Below are positions 57,846-64,000 of a DNA stretch of 64,000 nt, piece after piece. A program made the position numbers and the translations under genes. The first letter of the stretch is position 1, and every line of letters starts with the position of its first letter. The DNA is from a candidate division FCPU426 bacterium (GTDB lineage Bacteria > Oederibacteriota > Muellerivitia > Muellerivitales > Muellerivitaceae), in contig CAWKAR010000049.1 of NCBI GenBank assembly GCA_963847625.1, positions 1 to 64,000 on the forward strand. The letters run 5' to 3'. Below the pieces are notes generated by a model that worked only from the letters and a program-made list of their open reading frames with translations, was not told the origin of the DNA and did not search any database.

Positions 57846-60800
57846 TTAACGACTGATGGAAAGATCGAGCTTGTGATAGCTGTAGTTCAGGGGGTAAGAA
57901 TGCCGGAAGGCTTCAACCATGACGGTATAATCCCCTTGAGGGAAGCCTGAAGAGGGGACAGCCCACGCGTAGCTATAAGGAAACGTATTGGTTTGGATCA
58001 AGTGGTTTGGGCTGGTGTCCAACACACCCATTACAGCCGATGAATTATCCTGTACAAAATACCAATCCATCTCCGAGTCATTGCTGTAAAGTAAATTAAT
58101 ATCCAGGGTGAGGGGGTTGCCATTGCTGTCCTTTTCCACATAGGTGCTGTTATTGAGGTTGGGATAACCCGGATATTCCTCCGTATAAAAATTGGCGTTG
58201 TTCCCGGTATTTCCGGGGTAACGGTACCAGATATTGTCGGTGGGCCCGTTGATAATCGTAACGCCACTTACAATTTTAGGGGTCGTCGTGGTGACGGCGC
58301 CGTCCACCACCAGGTTGATGGTGCTGGGCTGGGAATACTGCTCATTGGGGCTGTCGCAGTAAAGCGCCACCAAAGGCATCTGGGTGATATGGGCGGTGCC
58401 GGTATAGTTTCCACCGTCCAGGAAAGTCCTGAGCATGAAAACCAAGGCGGTTTTTCCCAGTTGGGCGGTTCCAACATCGGGGGAGATGGCCAGGCCGGAT
58501 TCCACAACATAGGCCACATTTCCGCTTTTATCGGTTATTTGAACCACCCCCGTTCCGTTGTAAGTGGCGGAACTGGTGTCATCGTAAAAATAGCGGGAGA
58601 GGCCGCCCACCTGTGGAACAGTAAGGGTGGTGCGCAACGTAGTACCATAAGGGGCGGTGCTCCACTCAGTGGTCGTCTGGGTGGTATTGATAGCCCAGGA
58701 CCTGGTGCAACTGACCGACTGGGCCAGGGGATATGCGAAAATGGAGTAGCAAGTGACACCCAAGCCCAGAAGGGTGGCGGAATCGGCGTTGCTTTGATGG
58801 TTGAAGGTGCTGTCGAAAAAGGAGGTACAGCCGTACTGCCACGCCCTGCTGGTTAAATTCCGCCCGAAACCGTTGCAGGAGGTCGTCGTCCCGGCCGTGT
58901 TGACCACGGGTACCGAACCGTAGAGCTTGCGGTAGAAGGTTGAGTTGGAGATGTTTGCCCCTGCCACCGGAAGGTTGCCGGTGCTGGACCAGGTGGAATA
59001 CATACTGTCGGGATAAAGCTCGCCCAGCCAGGACTTTTCATACCAGGTATCGTTGGTATTGGAAATCACGCGCATGTAACTGACGGGATCATTGTAGGGG
59101 ATAATTTCAGCCGCTCCGGTCAAATTGGTGGTGGAGGTTGTCAGGTAGGGTGTTTGATTCAAGGTGACTCCCCCCTGGAAAGGCTGTTGGTCGGCGCCGA
59201 ATTCCCCCCCAAACCCGTAATAGTAGTAACTGTACCCGTTCATCGTGGTCCAGATGGCAGTGCAGTTCAAAAGGCCCTGGCGGATCATTTGGTAAAAGCG
59301 GGGGGCATCGATGAAATTGGAGTCCGCTGGCGGGGTGCCTCCGGATGAGGCTGCCCCTTCCCATCCGATAAAATCACCCGCCGCTCCGAAACCCGTATAA
59401 CCATCATGGTTCATGCCGACATATGTGCCGGTGGCAGCGCCATCCTTGAACCACCAGTTATAGCCATTGGGGCCGATGACGGCACCCGCGGTGGCATCCG
59501 CGGCCCCCTGCCATCCCTCCTTGACATCCTCGTAAGGGCAGTGGCGGGGGTCCCCCAGGAACTGATACCTTTCGGTATAGGGCGGCGGGTAAGCGTCGCC
59601 GCACCAAACCCAGGTCCTGGAAAGGTTGGGGCTGTTGTTGACCGGAAATCCGGAGGTTGTACTGGTGCCGAAGCGAGTCTCCAGGGTATGCACACCGGGC
59701 GGAAGGTTGATCATGAGGAGCCAGCGCGTTGTGTTCTTAGGCCCGTTGCCCGTGGTGCCGCCTATATCGTCCCAAGGGTTCCCTCCCGTCTCTATAGGGC
59801 AAGGGATATACTCGGCGCCGTAAAGCCGGGCGGTGGATGCCAAGCCGGTAGTGGATGTGGTGTGCATGGGGCAGCGGTAAGGGGTATTGTAAAAAATAAT
59901 CTCGGTCCCGATTTGGGTCCCGGTTGAGGGAACTGGGACAACATTGTAATAAGAGGTAGCTGGATAAGGAGCCCCAAAGGAAAAGGGCGTGTTTAAGGCA
60001 ACAGCTTGGGAACTGTAAGCGGTGCTGCTGTTTCCGGTTCGGGCGTTCACACTGATGTTGGTGGCTTTAATCACCTCGGGGATGTATACATTCATGACAG
60101 GCACGAGCGCCCCCGCGCCGTCCGGATAGGTGGCGTCCAAATTGGCATTCATATTTTCCAGGCCGTCGATATAAGAATAAACCCGGAAATGGACCTGCGT
60201 GGTATTCGTCGCCCCGGAGAAGGGATAATAAAGGTTCTCCGGATGGGTCACCACACGGTAACACGGCTCGCCGGAGCCGCTGGTATTGGCCGGGTCCTTG
60301 GCGGCGTCCGAGTAGTTGCGCATGGGGGGGATGGGCAGCAACTCGCCGTGCAGGTTGACGATGAGGGCGTTCTCGAAGGACGCGGGAGTGGAAAGCATGC
60401 CCTCGATCAGCATGCGCTCGCTGATCTCGGTGATCGGATAGCCTGAATATAAGGGCATGGTCAAATTGTTTGCCGCCGCTGTGACGGCTTGGTACATGGT
60501 CAGCTCGTCCGGGTAGCGCATGGAATTGTTATCCTTATCCGCGACCGCGTAGTTGGGACAGCCGGTGAATATGGCGTTGGTATAGTGGACAGTTCCGTCC
60601 AAGTTGAAATTGCCGTCCGCTGGAGCGCCGAAAGTAACGTCTGAGGAGAAAAATTGCGTCACCCCGCCGCCATCCGCCGTGTCCATGGGCGTCGTTCCGG
60701 GGTAAAAATAAATATAGGGGAGGATGCCCCCCATGGTGGCCGAAGCCGTGCTTTGGTAGAAATTGAGGTAAGGGATATATTGTTGGTCCCGCCCGTAGGA

Positions 60801-61472
60801 GGAACGCGTGATGTAATGGGGCCGGATGAGAAGCCCCGGGTCCCTTGTTTGAATATCATCAATGATGCCGCGGAAAGTTGAAAAAAGGGCCGGTTCCTGG
60901 GTCCACCAGGCCGGGGTATTATTGATGGCCAGCACGTAGACATCCATCACCTGGGACGGGTATTGTTGATTGACGATCGTCCTTAATTGGCCGCCCACCT
61001 GCGCCAGCAGGTCCCCGGGCGCCCCGGGGTTCTGGTCCGACGCGTATTTCCAGATATTCACAAAGACCATGCGCGCGTTGGGGTCGTCGGCCACGTGGTT
61101 GACCTCGATCTGGCGCAGGTAGCGCCAGTTGCCGTTGGAGAGGCGGTTTCCGCTCAAGGGATTGCCGGGGTCGACGTTGGAAAGGCCCGTATCCACGTTT
61201 TTGTCGGTGGTCAGGACATTGTTGTAGAGGGACCCGTCGGTGTATCTGTCGAGTATATTGATATTTGTTTCCTTGCCGCTGACCAGGGACTTGAGTTCCT
61301 CGAACATCTGGATGGCTTTTTGCGTGGCGTAAGATCTGTCACTGGTCTTGACGGTCTGCTTGGCCATGTAGGAACGGGCCAAGATGACCGAGGAGGCCAC
61401 AGACCCCAAGATGGCCACGGCGATCAGAAGCTCGACCAGCGTGTAGCCTTTTTGATCCAGAGTTTTTTTCAT
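57846..61472 (-). CDS. Giant pilin (PilV/GspI-like N-terminus plus ~1000-aa C-terminal region)
   Basis: KG|YTLVELLIAVAILG class III signal; 1208 aa, Thr/Gly/Asn/Tyr-rich. Confidence 0.85.
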   Translation of the reverse strand: MKKTLDQKGYTLVELLIAVAILGSVASSVILARSYMAKQTVKTSDRSYATQKAIQMFEELKSLVSGKETNINILDRYTDGSLYNNVLTTDKNVDTGLSNVDPGNPLSGNRLSNGNWRYLRQIEVNHVADDPNARMVFVNIWKYASDQNPGAPGDLLAQVGGQLRTIVNQQYPSQVMDVYVLAINNTPAWWTQEPALFSTFRGIIDDIQTRDPGLLIRPHYITRSSYGRDQQYIPYLNFYQSTASATMGGILPYIYFYPGTTPMDTADGGGVTQFFSSDVTFGAPADGNFNLDGTVHYTNAIFTGCPNYAVADKDNNSMRYPDELTMYQAVTAAANNLTMPLYSGYPITEISERMLIEGMLSTPASFENALIVNLHGELLPIPPMRNYSDAAKDPANTSGSGEPCYRVVTHPENLYYPFSGATNTTQVHFRVYSYIDGLENMNANLDATYPDGAGALVPVMNVYIPEVIKATNISVNARTGNSSTAYSSQAVALNTPFSFGAPYPATSYYNVVPVPSTGTQIGTEIIFYNTPYRCPMHTTSTTGLASTARLYGAEYIPCPIETGGNPWDDIGGTTGNGPKNTTRWLLMINLPPGVHTLETRFGTSTTSGFPVNNSPNLSRTWVWCGDAYPPPYTERYQFLGDPRHCPYEDVKEGWQGAADATAGAVIGPNGYNWWFKDGAATGTYVGMNHDGYTGFGAAGDFIGWEGAASSGGTPPADSNFIDAPRFYQMIRQGLLNCTAIWTTMNGYSYYYYGFGGEFGADQQPFQGGVTLNQTPYLTTSTTNLTGAAEIIPYNDPVSYMRVISNTNDTWYEKSWLGELYPDSMYSTWSSTGNLPVAGANISNSTFYRKLYGSVPVVNTAGTTTSCNGFGRNLTSRAWQYGCTSFFDSTFNHQSNADSATLLGLGVTCYSIFAYPLAQSVSCTRSWAINTTQTTTEWSTAPYGTTLRTTLTVPQVGGLSRYFYDDTSSATYNGTGVVQITDKSGNVAYVVESGLAISPDVGTAQLGKTALVFMLRTFLDGGNYTGTAHITQMPLVALYCDSPNEQYSQPSTINLVVDGAVTTTTPKIVSGVTIINGPTDNIWYRYPGNTGNNANFYTEEYPGYPNLNNSTYVEKDSNGNPLTLDINLLYSNDSEMDWYFVQDNSSAVMGVLDTSPNHLIQTNTFPYSYAWAVPSSGFPQGDYTVMVEAFRHSYPLNYSYHKLDLSISR

Positions 61473-61497
61473 CTGTTTTTCCCCAAGCCATCCCCGC

Positions 61498-62925
61498 CTA
61501 CAAATTGGGAATGGCCAGCAGCATCTTTCGCTGGCTAATGTCTTCCCGGTAATTCCCCACCAGCTTTTGGGCTTTCACCACCAAGTCCGGGTTGTAAAAA
61601 ATTTGGCCATAGTTTCCGGCGCTACCGTTGATCGTGATGGTCCCGGGGGTGGTACCATGGTAATAGGGCGATCCCATGATGACCGACCCTTCGATATCAC
61701 AACCGGCTCCCACGGTCAGGTTCCCCGTCACGAAAAGGATGCCGCCCCAATGGCTGGGCTGCAGGCTGCCGGTACTTTGGTTAAGCACCAGGTCCCCGTT
61801 GACGATCAACACCCCGTAAGCGCCGGTTGTCACTGATTGGTCGTTTCTTCCGAGTTCGTCATAAGGGGATGGATTCGCCGGCCCGTAAGTGACGCTTCCA
61901 TCAAAGAAGCAGAGTTTCCATTCGCTTGTAATATACATAGTGGTAGAGGCGTTTCCCTGGTAATCCGATATGTTTTTAAGGTCCCCCAGGGACATCCCGA
62001 AGACACTGCTGGCGTCAAGACAGGTGTAGTCGGTTGTTCCCCAGCAGGTGACCCCACCCTGGAGGTTCACTCCGGGAGTGGCCCCATTCGGAAGGTTGCA
62101 AGAGTTGGGCAAGGGTGTATTAGTAATGGTAGGGGTAGAGGTGATCGTGGGGGTATAGGAGATTGTGGGGGTGTATGTGTTGGTCCTAGTGTAGGTAAAC
62201 GTGAATGTAAAGGTATTGGTCGGCATCCCACCGACCGTTTGCGTCATGTTGGGAGTGTTCGTTTTGGTGGGGGTAAATGTTATTGTGGGAGTTTCCGTTT
62301 TGGTGGGTGTGCAGGTATGGCCGTTACTATCTTTACAGGGAACAGGGGTGTTCGTGCGGGTGGGAGTGCACGAAGGGGTGAACGTGGGTGTACAAGGCAC
62401 CTTAAAAGCAATCGAGGAGCTGACTGTACAATTGGAATCGTCGCAATAGGGCTCGCGATTACCGGTAGTAGTATCACAACGTGTTCTGGCAAGAAAAATA
62501 ATGGATACCGCGGCGTTGGGAATGGTGAGTGTTTGGGTCGTGGTAGTCATATTGTTATTATTATTGTTAGTTTGGGAAAAATAAGCTTGTAATTGGTTCG
62601 AAGCATTGCAGGTGGTGGTGGTTGTACCGCTATTCCCATACCAGATGATATTTCCCCCGCTGTCCTTAAAGCCTATGGCGTAATAAACGCTCGTGCAGGA
62701 AGTGCCGATGTTTGTTAAATAAGCGGACACATCTACCGTGTCATTTTGCGCGCCGCAGGTGTCGCTAAGGGTAATGCTGGAAACACTCATTCCAGTACAA
62801 GCGGCATATAAGCAGGAAATATAATTAAAATAGGCAAAAACCGCCATTATTCCCGCCAGGCCAAACAAGGGAAAAAGGCTTTTTTTAAAATTGATCCTAA
62901 AATAGTTTGTAAATTTTTTGTCCAT
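61498..62925 (-). CDS. Secreted protein: Cys-rich domain + Thr-Pro linker + PilX/ComZ-like C-terminal solenoid
   Basis: Hydrophobic N-terminal signal, TPT repeats, C-terminal GVLIVNGDL...WGGILFVTGNLTV...IEGSVI. Confidence 0.72.
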   Translation of the reverse strand: MDKKFTNYFRINFKKSLFPLFGLAGIMAVFAYFNYISCLYAACTGMSVSSITLSDTCGAQNDTVDVSAYLTNIGTSCTSVYYAIGFKDSGGNIIWYGNSGTTTTTCNASNQLQAYFSQTNNNNNNMTTTTQTLTIPNAAVSIIFLARTRCDTTTGNREPYCDDSNCTVSSSIAFKVPCTPTFTPSCTPTRTNTPVPCKDSNGHTCTPTKTETPTITFTPTKTNTPNMTQTVGGMPTNTFTFTFTYTRTNTYTPTISYTPTITSTPTITNTPLPNSCNLPNGATPGVNLQGGVTCWGTTDYTCLDASSVFGMSLGDLKNISDYQGNASTTMYITSEWKLCFFDGSVTYGPANPSPYDELGRNDQSVTTGAYGVLIVNGDLVLNQSTGSLQPSHWGGILFVTGNLTVGAGCDIEGSVIMGSPYYHGTTPGTITINGSAGNYGQIFYNPDLVVKAQKLVGNYREDISQRKMLLAIPNL

Positions 62926-62993
62926 CTTTTTTCTTTTCCCGGCCTTTCCTTTTGAAAACTTTCAAGAATCCTTTCTTCCGCCCCAGGCCGTTT

Positions 62994-63947
62994 TTAAGGG
63001 CTATGCATGCCGACCACCCCGAAACAGTTCGGAGCATTGGCCGAAATGTAAGTTTGGGTGTTGCTCAGGGTTACCTGGTTTTTAATATTTTGCACGTAAA
63101 TGGCCCCCGCGACCCCGTTGACGTTGCCGGGGGTAGGGCACGGCATGACAAGGCTTAATTTTCGGAACTCGGTGCTGAATCTGGCGGTAGCCACCACCGA
63201 GTTGGGGGGCTGAGTCATGGATACGGCAAAATTGCCGGTCGTTGGATCGATTGATTTATCCATGCGTTTATAGACGTAACCGGTGCTGACAATGTTCCAA
63301 ACATACCCGGACCCGTCAGCGTATTTAAATATTCTCTCGCCGGTGACATCATGAACAGCGTTGGGATCGAAAGCCCCGGTGCCCTGCTGTTTCACCTCGT
63401 ATCTGGCCCAATAAAGGGCATTGGCGGTTACGGGACTGTCGAGGGGATATTCCTTCACGATGCCGATGGAAGCATCGATGGTATCGGAAAGCTGGGCGTT
63501 GGCCGTGTTGTTTTGAGGGCTAAAAGCCTGGTCAATGTTGGTGTAAGGATAAACGGGTGTAGGAGTCGAGCCGGGTATTACGGGGGTAACCACGGCGCCG
63601 GCTACGAGGCCTCCATTGGAGGTTCTTCGGGAAAACCAGCCGAGGGTGTCCACTAAACCGGCCCTGGCCACATTTTCCGCCTCGCCGACATAGAGCATCC
63701 GTTCCTTGGACTGGCGGGAGGAATTGGAAACCAGCCTGTACCCGACGGTCATGAGCATAGTGGCGACCAGCATGAAGATGGCGGCCATGACCAAGGCTGA
63801 GCCTTTGTGATCCTTGAGGTATAGGATAAACCGGTTGAAGGGTGAAAAAGTTTTCCGGTTCCCCCTGGAACGCGAAACCACGAAGAAATCCCAAAAAGCT
63901 TTACCGAAGTGGGAAAAAGAAGGGTTTTTGCGCCGGCGTGGACTCAT
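62994..63947 (-). CDS. PilX/GspK-like minor pilin, N-terminal part
   Basis: KG|SALVMAAIFMLVA lacking E5, followed by AENVARAGL and IVSTGYV. Confidence 0.75.
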   Translation of the reverse strand: MSPRRRKNPSFSHFGKAFWDFFVVSRSRGNRKTFSPFNRFILYLKDHKGSALVMAAIFMLVATMLMTVGYRLVSNSSRQSKERMLYVGEAENVARAGLVDTLGWFSRRTSNGGLVAGAVVTPVIPGSTPTPVYPYTNIDQAFSPQNNTANAQLSDTIDASIGIVKEYPLDSPVTANALYWARYEVKQQGTGAFDPNAVHDVTGERIFKYADGSGYVWNIVSTGYVYKRMDKSIDPTTGNFAVSMTQPPNSVVATARFSTEFRKLSLVMPCPTPGNVNGVAGAIYVQNIKNQVTLSNTQTYISANAPNCFGVVGMHSP

Positions 63948-64000
63948 TAATGTCGCTCCTTATCACTGCTTGGGGGTACTACATTAACACTAAAATTGTG

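Noticed and set aside
1..64000. tRNA, rRNA, integrase or reverse transcriptase genes
   Set aside because: None recognised by eye on either strand; tRNAscan-SE and cmscan would be needed to exclude them formally.

Overview
Chromosomal window from a diderm bacterium (about 55-60% GC by eye; the pilin, CBM11 and FlgD-tail repertoire suggests an Elusimicrobia/FCPU426-like lineage, which is inference only). Left to right: (1) an edge-truncated membrane protein and an orphan pilin; (2) a complete minus-strand nuoA-N operon, with a 1-nt homopolymer frameshift in nuoB, palindromic inserts in three spacers and a 21/22-bp tandem array upstream; (3) three secreted CBM11-like/glycoside hydrolase genes bracketed by a ~73-bp direct repeat, then a GH9 remnant; (4) a secreted protein built from repeats resembling a contractile tail-tube segment; (5) an AbiEi/AbiEii type IV TA pair and gnd; (6) an IS1595 element with passenger genes and a nested IS1380, both with visible TIRs and target duplications; (7) a YfhO-like GT-C protein, a DUF1259 protein, an ABC transporter, DedA, two GT-C/TPR paralogs and an acyltransferase-3; (8) a ~17-kb minus-strand surface locus with a split PilX-like gene, a 1208-aa giant pilin, a PilW-like pilin, a 2405-aa FN3 protein with a FlgD/T9SS-like tail and a translationally coupled PorV-like barrel fused to FN3 domains. 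A 107-bp three-hairpin element occurs twice. The best candidates for undescribed biology are the T9SS-like/giant-pilin locus, the tail-tube-motif repeat protein and the 107-bp element. All family assignments come from motif recognition by eye; no database search was run.
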